A program made the position numbers and the translations under genes. Positions 1 through 10,683 of a DNA stretch of 64,000 bases are shown piece by piece. Under the pieces are notes generated by a model. The model saw only the letters and a list, made by a program, of their open reading frames with translations. It made no database searches and had not been told where the DNA came from. The stretch is taken from positions 224,001 to 288,000 of the forward strand of contig CAVZJB010000012.1 of assembly GCA_963775425.1 (NCBI GenBank), in the 5' to 3' direction. The DNA comes from an uncultured delta proteobacterium. GTDB taxonomy: Bacteria > Myxococcota > UBA727 > VGSZ01. The first letter of the stretch is position 1. The number at the start of each line of letters is the position of its first letter.

Positions 1-1497
1 CCGCGACGCCAGCGTGCTCACGAACGCTCCGACCACGAACATCATCCCGAACGTGAGAACGTGTCGCGTATCGGCGACCGTGAACGTGAAGAAGGGCGGT
101 ACGAAGAAGAAGTCGAAGCCGCCTACCGCGAGCGCGGCGGCGACGAGGGACGCGACGCGCCCGAAGCGCACCGCGGAGAACGTGATCACGGCGAGATAGA
201 TGAGGACGACGTCCGTCTCGGCGAGGCGGGAGAGGCCGATGAGCCATGCGATCACGGTCGCCGTGATGACGAGGAGCGCCGCGGCGAGGAGCTCGTGGGG
301 CCGGACGGGTTGGCCTGCGCGACGCTCTGCGGCGCGCTCGCGAGCCAGCGGGACCTTCGCGGACACGACGCGAATGTCGACGTCGTGCGCACCGCGGATG
401 AGCTGTTGCACGAGTGACCCGCGCCAGATGTCGCGCCACGAGAAGCGCGCGTGGGGGCGGCCCACGACGACCTGGGTGATGCTCTCGCCGTGCGCATAGT
501 CGAGGATCGCCTCCGCGACGTTGGCGCCCGAGAGGCGAACGATGCGGGCGCCGAGGCGCTCGGCGAGCTTCAGGTTCTCCTCGAGCCGGTCGCGGTCGGC
601 GTCGCGGAGCGGCGTGAGCGGCGACTCCACCCACGCCGCCAGCCACGGCGCGTCCGCCTCGTCGGACATCCGGCGGCCCGCGCGGATGACCTGCACCGAC
701 GTCGGGGACGCTCCGACCAGCACCAGGATGCGCGGCGCTGTGGGCCAGGTGACACGGACCTCGTGCTCGTCGCGGAAAGCGCGGATGTCGTCGTCGATGC
801 GCTCGGCGGTGCGGCGCAACGCGAGCTCGCGAAGACCGAGCAGGTTGCCGCGCCTGAAGAAGCTCTCGAGCGCCCGCTCGCCGGCTTCGCCGAGGTACAC
901 TTTGCCGTCGCGCAGGCGCGCGAAGAGCTCGTCGAGCGGGATGTCGACGAGCTCGATCTCATCGGCGCGGTCGAGGATGGCGTCGGGTACGGTTTCGCGC
1001 ACGACGACGTGGGTGACGGCGGCGACGGCGTCGTTGAGGCTCTCCACGTGTTGGACGTTGAGCGTGGACCATACGTGGACGCCGGCGTCGAGCAGCTCGA
1101 GCACATCCTGCCACCGCTTGGCATGCCTGCTCCCGGGCGCGTTGGTGTGCGCGAGCTCGTCGACGAGCAACACCTGCGGCCGCCGCGATTTGGCGGCGTC
1201 CAGATCGAGCTCCGTCAGCTTGGTGCCCTTGTACTCCACCACGGCGCGCGGCAGGACCTCGATACCCTCCATCAGCAGCGCCGTCTCCTTGCGTCCGTGG
1301 GTCTCCACGAGCCCGACGACGACGTCGATGCCCTCGGCCTTGGCGCGCCGCGCGGCCTCGAGCATGGAGTAGGTCTTGCCGACGCCCGGGGCGTAGCCGA
1401 AGAAGACCTTCAGGTGCGCGCGCTCGGCGCGCGCGCCCTCCGCCTGCACGCGGCGCAGGAGGGCGTCGGGGTCGGGTCGGCTCTCGTCGGCGCTCAC
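1..1497 (-). CDS. kdpD: Sensor histidine kinase KdpD, N-terminal part (KdpD domain to DUF4118 TM region); runs off the left edge
   Basis: Missing from the ORF track. Read manually from GTG at 1497: MSADESRPDPDALLRR...LKVFFGYAPGVGKTYSML (KdpD Walker A), ending in TM segment FDFFFVPPFFTFTV. GTGA overlap with the kdpC stop. Confidence 0.95.
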   Translation of the reverse strand, partial: MSADESRPDPDALLRRVQAEGARAERAHLKVFFGYAPGVGKTYSMLEAARRAKAEGIDVVVGLVETHGRKETALLMEGIEVLPRAVVEYKGTKLTELDLDAAKSRRPQVLLVDELAHTNAPGSRHAKRWQDVLELLDAGVHVWSTLNVQHVESLNDAVAAVTHVVVRETVPDAILDRADEIELVDIPLDELFARLRDGKVYLGEAGERALESFFRRGNLLGLRELALRRTAERIDDDIRAFRDEHEVRVTWPTAPRILVLVGASPTSVQVIRAGRRMSDEADAPWLAAWVESPLTPLRDADRDRLEENLKLAERLGARIVRLSGANVAEAILDYAHGESITQVVVGRPHARFSWRDIWRGSLVQQLIRGAHDVDIRVVSAKVPLARERAAERRAGQPVRPHELLAAALLVITATVIAWLIGLSRLAETDVVLIYLAVITFSAVRFGRVASLVAAALAVGGFDFFFVPPFFTFTVADTRHVLTFGMMFVVGAFVSTLASR

Positions 1498-2174
1498 GAC
1501 CCTCCGATCATATCCACGCCCGGGGTGGCGCCTTGGCCGGCGGGCGCGGTCGCCGCGGGAGCGCCGGACGCGGGCGGTGGGCCGAGCTTCTCGTCGAGCG
1601 CGAGGTTGAGCTCGAGCACGTTGACGCGGGGCTCGCCCCAGATGCCGAGGGTGCGCGCGCGCGTATGCTGATCGACGAGGACCTTGACCGTCGCATCGTC
1701 GATGCCGCGCACGTGCGCGACCCGCGGCACCTGGTAGAGCGCCGCGGCCGGCGTGATATCCGGGTCAAGGCCGCTCGACGACGCAGTGACGAGGTCGACC
1801 GGCACCTCTTCGCCGGCGGCGCGGCTGACGTGCGCGGCGGCGTCGGCGGCGGCGAGGGCGGCGACCCTCCCCTTCACGGCGTCCACGAGCGCGGGGTTGA
1901 GCGGCCCGACGTTTGTCCCCGACGACGACATGGCGTTGTACGGACCGGGCGACGTGGCGGACGGGCGGCCCCAGAAGTGGCCGGGGTTCGTGAAGCTCTG
2001 CCCGATGAGCGCGCTGCCCACGACCTCCCCGCTCTTGTTGCGCAGGAGGCTCCCGTCGGCGGTGTGCGAGAACGCCACCTGGCAGATGCCCGTGACGACG
2101 GCGGGGTACGCGAGCCCGCACAGAAGCGTAAACAGCGCGAGCAGGACGGCGGCGGGACGGAGAGCGGCGATCAT
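1494..2174 (-). CDS. kdpC: K+-transporting ATPase subunit C
   Basis: GSALIGQSF, FWGRPSAT, DLVTASSSGLDPDI, EPRVNVLELNLALD. Confidence 0.97.
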   Translation of the reverse strand: MIAALRPAAVLLALFTLLCGLAYPAVVTGICQVAFSHTADGSLLRNKSGEVVGSALIGQSFTNPGHFWGRPSATSPGPYNAMSSSGTNVGPLNPALVDAVKGRVAALAAADAAAHVSRAAGEEVPVDLVTASSSGLDPDITPAAALYQVPRVAHVRGIDDATVKVLVDQHTRARTLGIWGEPRVNVLELNLALDEKLGPPPASGAPAATAPAGQGATPGVDMIGGS

Positions 2175-2229
2175 GATGGAACCTCCGGGGTCGGCGTCGT
2201 CGTCGAACGGGCGCCGCGGCGGGTCGGCG

Positions 2230-4305
2230 TCAAATCAAGTGAGCGGCGTCGAGGAGCACGTAGATGAGCTTGATGCACGGGAACGGGAGCACGACGCCGC
2301 CGAGTCCGTAGACGAGCAGGTTTCGCCGCAACATCTGCGACGCCGAGCCCGGGCGGACGCGGATGCCGCGCAGCGCGAGGGGGACGAGCGCCATGATGAT
2401 GAGCGCGTTGAAGATCACCGCGGACAGCACCGCCCCCGTCGGCGACGTCAGCCCCATGACATCGAGCGCGCGCAGCGCCGGGTACGTCGAGGCGAACGCC
2501 GCCGGGATGATGGCAAAGTACTTGGCGACGTCGTTGGCGATGGAAAAGGTGGTGAGCGCGCCGCGCGTGATGAGCATCTCCTTGCCGATGCGCACCACGT
2601 CGAGGAGCTTGGTGGGGTTGCTGTCGAGGTCGACCATGTTCCCCGCTTCCTTGGCCGCCTGCGTCCCGGTGTTCATCGCGACCGCGACGTCGGCCTGGGC
2701 GAGGGCCGGGGCGTCGTTGGTGCCGTCGCCGGTCATGGCCACGAGGTGTCCGCCCTCCTGGTATTCGCGGATGCGCGCCAGCTTCATCTCCGGCGTGGCC
2801 TCGGCGAGGAAGTCGTCGACGCCGGCCTCGGCGGCGATGGCGGCCGCGGTGAGGGGATTGTCGCCCGTGATCATCACGGTCTTGATGCCCAGGCTCCGCA
2901 TCTCGCCGAAGCGCTCCTTGATGCCGCCCTTGACGATGTCCTTCAGCTTGATGACGCCGAGGGCGCGGGAGCCCTCGACGACGACGAGCGGCGTAGCGCC
3001 CTCCTTGGCGACCTCGTCGGCGAGCGCGCGCACGGCGTCCGGCATCTTCGCGCCGAGCGACAGCAGATGGCGCTCGACCGCGTCGGCCGCGCCTTTGCGG
3101 AGCTTCCTGTTGTCGACGTCGACGCCGCTCATGCGCGTCTGCGCGGAAAAGGGGACGAAGTGCGCGTGCACGGCGCTCAGATCGCGCCCGCGGAGCCCGT
3201 GCTTCTCCTTGGCGAGCACGACGATGCTGCGGCCCTCCGGCGTCTCGTCCGCCAGGGACGAGAGCTGCGCGGCGTCGGCGAGCTCGGCCACGGTGGTGTG
3301 CGGCGCGGCGATGAAGTCCGTGGCCTGGCGGTTGCCGAGCGTGATCGTGCCGGTCTTGTCGAGCAGCAGCACGTCGACGTCGCCGGCGGCCTCCACGGCG
3401 CGGCCGGAGGTAGCGATCACGTTCGCCTGGATCATCCGGTCCATGCCGGCGATGCCGATGGCGGACAGGAGCCCGCCGATCGTGGTGGGGATGAGGCACA
3501 CGAGCAGCGCGACGAGGACCGTCATGGTCACCGGCGCAGCGCCCGGGATCTTCGACGCCGAGACGGCGTAATCGGACATGGGCCGCAGAGTGACGACGGC
3601 GAGCAGGAAGACGATGGTGAGTCCCGCGAGCAGGATGTCGAGCGCGATCTCGTTGGGCGTCTTCTTGCGCGACGCGCCCTCCACCATGGCGATCATCCTG
3701 TCGAGGAACGTCTCGCCCGGGTTCACCGTGATGCGCACGATGATCCAGTCGCTGAGCACGCGGGTGCCGCCGGTGACGGCGCAGCGGTCGCCGCCGCTCT
3801 CGCGGATCACCGGCGCGCTCTCGCCGGTGATGGCGCTCTCGTCCACCGACGCCACGCCCTCGATGACGTCGCCGTCGCCGGGGATCTGGTCGCCGGCCTC
3901 GACGAGGACGACGTCGCCCGCGCGCAGCTTGCCGGACGGAACGACCTCCTGCTGCGCGTCGCGCTTGGCCTCGGCGAGCCGCTTGGCGTTCACCTCCTTG
4001 CGCGCCTTGCGCAGCGTGTCGGCCTGCGCCTTGCCGCGGCCCTCCGCCATGGCCTCGGCGAAATTCGCGAACAACACGGTGATCCACAGCCACGCCGTGG
4101 TGGCGCCGATGAAGCCGGGGGACGCCTCTCCCTTGCCGGTCACGAGCGCGTGCAGCCACAGCATCGTGGTGAAGACGGACCCGACCTCGACGACGAACAT
4201 CACCGGGTTTCGCACCATGCGGCGCGGATCGAGCTTCCTGAACGCGTCGAGCGCCGCCGTCTTCACGATCGGTGGCTCGAACAGGGCCCTCTTGGACGCG
4301 GTCAT
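2230..4305 (-). CDS. kdpB: K+-transporting P-type ATPase subunit B
   Basis: [28 protein letters not shown]. Start reassigned to ATG 4305 (MTASKR), which overlaps the kdpA stop (ATGA). Confidence 0.97.
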   Translation of the reverse strand: MTASKRALFEPPIVKTAALDAFRKLDPRRMVRNPVMFVVEVGSVFTTMLWLHALVTGKGEASPGFIGATTAWLWITVLFANFAEAMAEGRGKAQADTLRKARKEVNAKRLAEAKRDAQQEVVPSGKLRAGDVVLVEAGDQIPGDGDVIEGVASVDESAITGESAPVIRESGGDRCAVTGGTRVLSDWIIVRITVNPGETFLDRMIAMVEGASRKKTPNEIALDILLAGLTIVFLLAVVTLRPMSDYAVSASKIPGAAPVTMTVLVALLVCLIPTTIGGLLSAIGIAGMDRMIQANVIATSGRAVEAAGDVDVLLLDKTGTITLGNRQATDFIAAPHTTVAELADAAQLSSLADETPEGRSIVVLAKEKHGLRGRDLSAVHAHFVPFSAQTRMSGVDVDNRKLRKGAADAVERHLLSLGAKMPDAVRALADEVAKEGATPLVVVEGSRALGVIKLKDIVKGGIKERFGEMRSLGIKTVMITGDNPLTAAAIAAEAGVDDFLAEATPEMKLARIREYQEGGHLVAMTGDGTNDAPALAQADVAVAMNTGTQAAKEAGNMVDLDSNPTKLLDVVRIGKEMLITRGALTTFSIANDVAKYFAIIPAAFASTYPALRALDVMGLTSPTGAVLSAVIFNALIIMALVPLALRGIRVRPGSASQMLRRNLLVYGLGGVVLPFPCIKLIYVLLDAAHLI

Positions 4306-6068
4306 GGCGTGCCTCCGAAGAGCATGAAGTGCTCCGCGAGCGGCCCGAGGGCGAGCGCGGGGACGAAGGTGAGAAGGCCGATGAGGATCACGGTCCCCGC
4401 GAGCAGCACGACGAACAGCGTGCGGTGCGTCGGCAGCGTCGCGGTCGACTCCGGGATGCTCCTCTTGGCCGCGAGCGATCCCGCGACGGCCAAGACCGCG
4501 ACGACAGGCAGGAAGCGGCAGATCCACATCGCCACCGCCTGGGTCAGCGCGAGGAACGGCCCGCTGGCGCTGAGCCCGGCGAACGCCGAGCCGTTGTTGC
4601 CCGAGGCGGAGGAGAACGCGTACAGGATCTCGGAGTAACCGTGCGCCGCGGGGTTCGCCATGCCGCCCACGGCGCCCGGCACCTCGAGCGCGACCGCGGT
4701 GCCCACGAGGATGAAGAGCGCCGGGACGAGCACGCCGACGGCCGCCCACTTCATCTCGTAGCTCTCGAGCTTCTTGCCGAGGTACTCGGGCGTGCGCCCC
4801 ACCATGAGGCCGGCGATGAACACGGCGATGATGGCGTAGAGCAGCATGCCGTACAGACCGCAGCCCACGCCCCCGAAGACGACCTCACCGAGCTGCATGA
4901 GCACGAGGGGGACGAGCCCGCCGAGCGGCGTGTAGGAGTCGTGCATGGAGTTCACCGAGCCGTTCGACGCCGCCGTGGTGTTCGCGCACCAGAGCGCGGA
5001 CTCGGTGATGCCGAAGCGCACCTCCTTGCCCTCCATGTTGCCGCCCGCCTGCAGCGCGCTCGCGTGCTGGTCGACGCCGGCGGTGGACAACAGCGGGTTG
5101 CCGCGCTGCTCGGCCGCGACGCAGAGCACGACGAGCGGCACGAGCAGGACCATCATGGTCGCGTAGAGGGCGATCGCCTGCCGCCGGTCTCTGATCATCC
5201 TGCCGAACGCGAACACGCACGCGCCGGGGATGAGGAGGATGGCGAGGCACTCGAGGAAGTTCGTGAACGGCGTGGGGTTCTCGTACGGGTGCGACGAGTT
5301 CACGTTGAAGAAGCCGCCGCCGTTGGTGCCGAGCTGCTTGATCGCCACCTGCGACGCCACGGGCCCGAGCGCCAACCGCTGATCCGCCGGCGCCCTCTCC
5401 GTGGCCGGAGGCCCACCGTCGACCGCCGTCGGCGCCTCGAGCGGGCGCGCCTGTGCCGCACCCGTGAACGTCTGTGGCATGCCGCGGGCACAGAGCACCA
5501 GCGCGAGCACGAACGACAGCGGCAGCAGCACGCGCAGCGTGACGCGCGTGAGGTCCACCCAGAAGTTGCCGAGACCGTCGGTGTTCTTGCGCGCGAAGCC
5601 GCGGGCGACGGCGTAGAGCACGGCGATGCCCACCGCGGCGGACACGAAGTTCTGCACCGTGAGCCCCGCCATCTGCGTAAGGAAGCTCATCGTGGTCTCG
5701 CCGCCGTACGCCTGCCAGTTCGTGTTGGTGGTGAAGCTGACGGCGGTGTTGAAGGCGAGCCCCGGCTCCACGGCGCCGAGCTTCAGCGGGTTGAGCGGGA
5801 GCGAGCCCTGCAGGCGCTCGAGCAGGTAGACGGCGAGTACGGAGAAGAGGCTGAAGACCATCACGGACTTCGCGTACTGCCGCCAGTCCATCTCCTCCTC
5901 CTCGCGCACGCCGGCGAGGCGGTAGAACAAACGCTCGAGGGGCCCGAACACGCGCGCGAGCACGCCCTCGTTCCCCGCCGCGCGGGCCATCAGCGCGCCG
6001 AGCGGGACCGCGAGCCCCGTGAGCACGGCAAAGTAGACGATGAGCTTGACGATGCCGATGCCTGTCAT
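4302..6068 (-). CDS. kdpA: K+-transporting ATPase subunit A
   Basis: [35 protein letters not shown]. Start ATG 6068 (MTGIGIVK). Confidence 0.97.
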   Translation of the reverse strand: MTGIGIVKLIVYFAVLTGLAVPLGALMARAAGNEGVLARVFGPLERLFYRLAGVREEEEMDWRQYAKSVMVFSLFSVLAVYLLERLQGSLPLNPLKLGAVEPGLAFNTAVSFTTNTNWQAYGGETTMSFLTQMAGLTVQNFVSAAVGIAVLYAVARGFARKNTDGLGNFWVDLTRVTLRVLLPLSFVLALVLCARGMPQTFTGAAQARPLEAPTAVDGGPPATERAPADQRLALGPVASQVAIKQLGTNGGGFFNVNSSHPYENPTPFTNFLECLAILLIPGACVFAFGRMIRDRRQAIALYATMMVLLVPLVVLCVAAEQRGNPLLSTAGVDQHASALQAGGNMEGKEVRFGITESALWCANTTAASNGSVNSMHDSYTPLGGLVPLVLMQLGEVVFGGVGCGLYGMLLYAIIAVFIAGLMVGRTPEYLGKKLESYEMKWAAVGVLVPALFILVGTAVALEVPGAVGGMANPAAHGYSEILYAFSSASGNNGSAFAGLSASGPFLALTQAVAMWICRFLPVVAVLAVAGSLAAKRSIPESTATLPTHRTLFVVLLAGTVILIGLLTFVPALALGPLAEHFMLFGGTP

Positions 6069-6157
6069 TGCAGCTTCTCCGGAAAGAGCAGCGCCACGAG
6101 GAGGTAGCCGAAGAGGCCGAGCGACAGCAGGCCGGCCGTGATGAGAAGGGCGCTCAC
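6065..6157 (-). CDS. kdpF: KdpF small subunit (30 aa)
   Basis: GTG start; [30 protein letters not shown] carries the YL..AL..PE signature; overlaps the kdpA start. Confidence 0.9.
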   Translation of the reverse strand: MSALLITAGLLSLGLFGYLLVALLFPEKLQ

Positions 6158-6285
6158 GGCGAGCCCCCGGCGGTCCGCGAGCCTCCGCCGCGCGCGCGTC
6201 CACGCATGTGGTTCGCGCCTTCGATCGAGAGGACGGTCAGCGCGAACAGCGCGGCGAGGAAGACGAGGGGGATCCAGTCGGGCAT
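6154..6285 (-). CDS. Unannotated 43-aa single-TM peptide coupled to kdpF
   Basis: MPDWIPLVFLAALFALTVLSIEGANHMRGRARGGGSRTAGGSP; GGAG RBS upstream; stop overlaps the kdpF GTG (GTGA). Confidence 0.65.
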   Translation of the reverse strand: MPDWIPLVFLAALFALTVLSIEGANHMRGRARGGGSRTAGGSP

Positions 6286-6302
6286 GAGCGTCTCCGGTGC
6301 GG

Positions 6303-7430
6303 CTAGAACCAGGCGGTGGCGCCGACGGTGAGGGTGTCCTGCGACAAGGCGTTCGGCGTGACGTCGTCGCGGACCTCGCCGCGGAAATAGGTGGGCGCGT
6401 CGGCGAGGTCATGGCGATACTCGAGACGAAAGGACACGCCGTCCGCGGGCTGGTAGTCGAGCGTGGCCGTGCCGGAGCCGACGCGCGTGCCCGGCCAGAA
6501 GATGTGCGACGCTTCGCCCTCGGCGTTCTTTGCCGGCTGCTCGGCGAACCCGTCGACCCGCGCGGCGACGAAGAGCTCCGGCAGGACCTGCGCCCGAGCG
6601 GCGACGGCGCCGGCGAGCCACGTGGTCTGCCCGAACGCGTTCGACTCGAGCCCCGCGTCGGAGTGCGCGAGCAGCGACAGCCGATCGAACGCCGACCAGA
6701 CGACGTAGACGTCGCCGATGTTGCGCCACGACCCGTCGCCTTCGGGCGCGCCCTTCGCCCGCTCCGGCCCGCCGTAATAGATGGCCTGGCCCGAGAGCGT
6801 GTCGCCCGCGTAGGAGACGGCGAGCGCGAACGACTTGCCGTCGTTGTTGTCGACGATGTCGTTGATGCCGTTTGTCACCATCAGCATGGTCGACCAGTGG
6901 TCGTCGATGGAGAGCGTGGCCTGCGCGCCCGCGTGGTAGACGGGCAGCGCGAACCAGACGTCCGAGCGCGACCAATTCCAGTTGTCCTTGACGGCGATGC
7001 CCTCGGGGCCGATGGGCGAGAGGAAGACGCCGCCCTTGACGACGAGCCCCGAGAGCACGGGGAAGCGGTAGCCCACGTTCGCCTGCTGGAGGAAGCGGAA
7101 CAGCCCGCCGTCGGTCGGCGCGACGCCGCCGGCGCCGGGCGCGGCGGTCTCGGCGGCGTACGACGATGCGCCGACGGCTCCGACCTGCAGCGCCACGACG
7201 CCGACGACATCAACCACGTCCCAGCTCGCCTGGAGCTCCGCGTTCTGCAAGGTGATCGAGTTGTGGCGATTGTCGAAGGCGCGGAAAGCCGTGATCCCGT
7301 TCGACGGCATGTTGAAATTCCACTGGTAGTACGCCTCGGCGTATCCGTTCAGGGTGAACGGCGGCGCTCTCCCCTCGTCGCAGGCTGAGGTGGCGGCAAC
7401 GCTCGAGAGGAAGAGGGCGGGGGCGAGCAT
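6303..7430 (-). CDS. Outer-membrane beta-barrel porin (BBP2/DUF1597-like)
   Basis: Signal peptide, GYAEAYYQWNFN, PIGPEGIAVKDNWNWSRS, FRLEYRHD, C-terminal Phe (AWF); heads the kdp operon. Confidence 0.8.
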   Translation of the reverse strand: MLAPALFLSSVAATSACDEGRAPPFTLNGYAEAYYQWNFNMPSNGITAFRAFDNRHNSITLQNAELQASWDVVDVVGVVALQVGAVGASSYAAETAAPGAGGVAPTDGGLFRFLQQANVGYRFPVLSGLVVKGGVFLSPIGPEGIAVKDNWNWSRSDVWFALPVYHAGAQATLSIDDHWSTMLMVTNGINDIVDNNDGKSFALAVSYAGDTLSGQAIYYGGPERAKGAPEGDGSWRNIGDVYVVWSAFDRLSLLAHSDAGLESNAFGQTTWLAGAVAARAQVLPELFVAARVDGFAEQPAKNAEGEASHIFWPGTRVGSGTATLDYQPADGVSFRLEYRHDLADAPTYFRGEVRDDVTPNALSQDTLTVGATAWF

Positions 7431-7816
7431 TCGATCTCCGTGGCAGCGTGACGAACGAATACCCGCAAGGGCGTCAACGAAGATTCAAACCGCGTGGGCC
7501 GCGCGCTGCGTCGGTTCAACGTGAGCGTCGGATCGCGGCCGGGCGACGCGGAGGTGCTGGGGCTCGCCCCTGCCGTGCGCGCCTTCAAGCCCTCACGTGC
7601 GCTGCGCTCGCGCCTCGAGCCAATCTGCAGAAGGCCGGCGATGCCGCAGAGAGCGAACAGCCCGCCGACGCTCGAGGCGACGCCCAAGCCCCGGCGCGCG
7701 GCGATCTCCACGGCGACGGGAACCATGCCGACGACGAGGAGCATGGTGAAGACACCGATGGGGAAGGAGCGGCGCGCGCACCCGGGCGGTACGGTCGAAA
7801 CAGGCGGCACGCTCAC
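7349..7816 (-). CDS. Possible small 2-TM membrane protein (doubtful)
   Basis: Two hydrophobic segments and a TCAAG pair at 7842/7853 upstream, but no clear RBS and it overlaps the porin start. Confidence 0.25.
   Translation of the reverse strand: MSVPPVSTVPPGCARRSFPIGVFTMLLVVGMVPVAVEIAARRGLGVASSVGGLFALCGIAGLLQIGSRRERSAREGLKARTAGASPSTSASPGRDPTLTLNRRSARPTRFESSLTPLRVFVRHAATEIECSPPPSSSRALPPPQPATRGERRRSP
7474..7488. promoter_or_regulatory. Putative KdpE-type direct repeat (TCAA, 11-bp phase) upstream of the porin-kdp operon
   Basis: TCAA at 7474 and 7485. Confidence 0.4.
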
Positions 7817-7916
7817 TCAGGAGACGCTACGGCGCATCCGATCAAGGAAGGTTCAAGACCGTGCCGTCGAGTGATCGAACCGGGCGGGCTCACGAGAGGC
7901 GGTCCTGCGCGAGCCG

Positions 7917-9878
7917 TCAGAGGTCGATCTGGGCGCCGATCTCGATCACTTGCGTGTGGGGGATGCGGAAGTAGCGGTCGGCGTTCACGGCGTTCCTCGA
8001 CAGGAAACCGAAGAGGCTCTCGAGCATGGTGCCCATCTGGCCGCCGGGGTTGGCGAGGATGCGCTCGCGGGCGAGGTAATACGTGACTTCGTCGAGGTCG
8101 AGGTCGAGCACGCGCCTGCGCACGGCGAGGTCGATGGCCTTGGGGACGTTCGGCTGCTGCATGAAGCCGTAGTACACGTGCATGCGCCAGAAGCCGTGCC
8201 CGAGCTCTTCCACGTCGAGGCGGTCGCGGTTCTCCACCGCCGGCGTCTCCGTCGTCACCACGGTGAGGAGGACGATGGTCTTGTGCAGCGAACGGGTCCG
8301 CTCCACGAGGTGCACGAGGATGGGCGGGACGCCCTGGTCCGCCGACGCCATGAACACGCCCACGCCGTCCACGCGCCGGGACACCTTGGCCGCGATGATC
8401 TGCCACGCGTCCTCGAACGACGGATAGCGCGTGGAGTACACCGCCGCCACCAGCCGCCGGCCCTCGTGCCACACGAGCATCACGACGACGACGGCGGCGC
8501 CCATCAACAGGGGCACGTAGCCGCCGTCCTCGACCTTCACCAGGTTGGCCGCGATGAAGGGGATGTCGAACGCCGCGAACAGCAGCAGCAGCGCCAGCGC
8601 GCGGGGCTTGCGCCAGCCGCGTTGGGTGATGAGCACGACGGTGTAGACGATCGACGTGATGATCATGGTGAGGCTCACCGCGATGCCGTACGCCGACGCC
8701 AGGCGCGTCGACTCGCGGAACCCGAGCACGAGCAGGATGCAGGCGACGGCGACGAGCGCGTTTATCTCCGGGATGTAGATCTGCCCCTCCTGCTCGCCCG
8801 CGGTGTGCTTGATGGTCACGCGCGGGAAGAACCCGAGCTGCATGGCCTGACGGGTGAGGGAGAAGGAGCCCGAGATCATCGCCTGCGACGCGATGATGGT
8901 GGCCATGCTCGCGAGGATGACGAGGGCGAACGTGGCCGGGCCGGTGGGCACCAGGTGGAAGAACGGGTTCACCGCCGCCGACGGGTCACGGATGATGAGC
9001 GCGCCCTGCCCGAAGTACGACAGGAGGAGCGCGGGCATCACGAGGAAGAACCACGCGCGGCGGATGGCCCCGGCGCCGAAGTGGCCCATGTCGGCGTACA
9101 GCGCTTCGCCGCCGGTGACGGCGAGGAAGACGGAGCCGAGGATAAAGAACCCATGCGCCCCGTGCGACGCGAAGTACTCCACCGCGTAGTGCGGCGACGC
9201 CGCCACGAGGACCTCCGGGCGGTGCGCGATGTGGAAGACACCGAGCGCCGCCAACGTGGTGAACCACACGATCATCACGGGGCCGAAGAGCTTGCCGATG
9301 AGCGCCGTGCCGCGGCTCTGGATGCCGAAGAGAGCGACCAGGATCACGAGCGCGATGGGCAGGACGAAGTGCAGGAGCTCCGGCTTGGCCACCGTCAAGC
9401 CTTCGACGGCGGCGAGCACCGAGATGGCAGGGGTGATGGCGCCGTCGCCGTACAACAGCGCCGCGGCGATCACCACGAGCACGGCGACCAGCGACAGCGG
9501 CTTGCCTGCCGGGGCGCGGAGTCGCTCGGGCACGAGGGCGAGCAGCGCGAAGATGCCGCCCTCGCCCTTGTTGTCGGCGCGCATGATGAACACGAGGTAC
9601 TTCACGGTCACGACCATCACGAGCGACCAGAAGATCATGCTCAGGATCTGCATCACCTCCACCGGCGCCGCCTTGGTGACGTCGTCGGGCGCTACGTGCA
9701 GGAGGCACTCGTGGATGGTGTACAGCGGGCTGGTGCCGATGTCGCCGTAGACGACGCCGAGGGCGCCGAGCATCAGCGCGAAGATCCGCCTGTCCGGCGC
9801 GGCGCGGACGTCGGGGCGCTCGTCGGTCGCGCCGTGGAGCGGAGCAGCGGAGGTGTCGCTCGGCATGGCGGCGACCAT
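7917..9878 (-). CDS. kup: KUP/HAK/KT potassium transporter (copy 1)
   Basis: GVVYGDIGTSPLY, ADNKGEGG, GDGAITPAISV, EALYADMGHFG, GQIYIPEIN. Confidence 0.96.
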   Translation of the reverse strand: MVAAMPSDTSAAPLHGATDERPDVRAAPDRRIFALMLGALGVVYGDIGTSPLYTIHECLLHVAPDDVTKAAPVEVMQILSMIFWSLVMVVTVKYLVFIMRADNKGEGGIFALLALVPERLRAPAGKPLSLVAVLVVIAAALLYGDGAITPAISVLAAVEGLTVAKPELLHFVLPIALVILVALFGIQSRGTALIGKLFGPVMIVWFTTLAALGVFHIAHRPEVLVAASPHYAVEYFASHGAHGFFILGSVFLAVTGGEALYADMGHFGAGAIRRAWFFLVMPALLLSYFGQGALIIRDPSAAVNPFFHLVPTGPATFALVILASMATIIASQAMISGSFSLTRQAMQLGFFPRVTIKHTAGEQEGQIYIPEINALVAVACILLVLGFRESTRLASAYGIAVSLTMIITSIVYTVVLITQRGWRKPRALALLLLFAAFDIPFIAANLVKVEDGGYVPLLMGAAVVVVMLVWHEGRRLVAAVYSTRYPSFEDAWQIIAAKVSRRVDGVGVFMASADQGVPPILVHLVERTRSLHKTIVLLTVVTTETPAVENRDRLDVEELGHGFWRMHVYYGFMQQPNVPKAIDLAVRRRVLDLDLDEVTYYLARERILANPGGQMGTMLESLFGFLSRNAVNADRYFRIPHTQVIEIGAQIDL

Positions 9879-9928
9879 GCTGCGGGCGGTCGCGGTCGTC
9901 GAACGATGACGACGTCGAACGCGCGACT

Positions 9929-9976
9929 TTGATCTTTCCTTGATGCCGTCGGCGCGCGTCTTGACGCGCCGCTGAT
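9929..9976. promoter_or_regulatory. Putative KdpE-type direct-repeat site upstream of kup copy 1
   Basis: TTGAT/TTGAT/TTGAC/CTGAT at 9929, 9940, 9961, 9972 (spacing 11-21-11). Confidence 0.55.
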
Positions 9977-9978
9977 GC

Positions 9979-10683
9979 TCACACGCGCATGCGGTAGCCG
10001 ACGCCGGGCTCGGTGATGAGGAAGCTCGGGCGCGTGGCGTCGCGTTCGAGCTTCTTGCGCAGCTCCGCCATCTGCACGCGCACGTAGTGCGTCTGCTCGA
10101 CGGCGCCCGGGCCCCACACCTCCTTCAAGATCAGCCGGTGCGTGAGCACCTTGCCGGCGTGCCGGGCGAGCAACGCGAGGAGCTTGTACTCGGTGGGCGT
10201 GAGGTGGACCTCGCAGCCGTCGTGGGTCACGACGCGCGACGCGAGGTCGATGCGCACGCCGCCGCTCTCCACCACCTGCGGCGGCGACGGGCCGGATGCC
10301 GCGGCGGCGTGCCGCAGCGCCACGCGAATGCGCGCGAGCAGCTCGCCGGTGCCGAACGGTTTGGTCAGGTAGTCGTCGGCGCCCGCGTCGAGCGCCGTGA
10401 CCTTGTCCTCTTCGCGGCCGCGCGCGGACAGCACGATGATGGGCGCTTTGCACCACTCGCGCAGGCGGCGCGTGACGTCGAGCCCGTCGCCGTCGGGGAG
10501 CCCGAGGTCGAGGAGCACGACGTCGGGGTTGTGGCCGGGAGCGAGCGACAGCGCCTCCGACGCGGTGCCCGCCTCCACCAGGCGAAAGCCGTTCGCGCCG
10601 AGCGCCGCGCGAAGGAAGCGGCGCATCTGCACCTCGTCCTCGACCACCAGCACCAGCGGTGCGTCGGCGGCGCGCGCGGTCAC
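9979..10683 (-). CDS. kdpE: OmpR-family response regulator KdpE
   Basis: LVVEDE, LLDLGLPDGDG, GADDYLTKPF, HLTPTEY, TEPGVGYR. GTG 10683 overlaps the kinase stop. Confidence 0.92.
   Translation of the reverse strand: MTARAADAPLVLVVEDEVQMRRFLRAALGANGFRLVEAGTASEALSLAPGHNPDVVLLDLGLPDGDGLDVTRRLREWCKAPIIVLSARGREEDKVTALDAGADDYLTKPFGTGELLARIRVALRHAAAASGPSPPQVVESGGVRIDLASRVVTHDGCEVHLTPTEYKLLALLARHAGKVLTHRLILKEVWGPGAVEQTHYVRVQMAELRKKLERDATRPSFLITEPGVGYRMRV

Noticed and set aside
1753-4638. 961-aa + strand ORF and similar long ORFs (10659..13976+, 23503..27135-, 30235..34794-, 54904..57555-)
   Set aside because: Antisense or alternate-frame shadows of real genes caused by high GC3; Arg/Ala-rich with no motifs.
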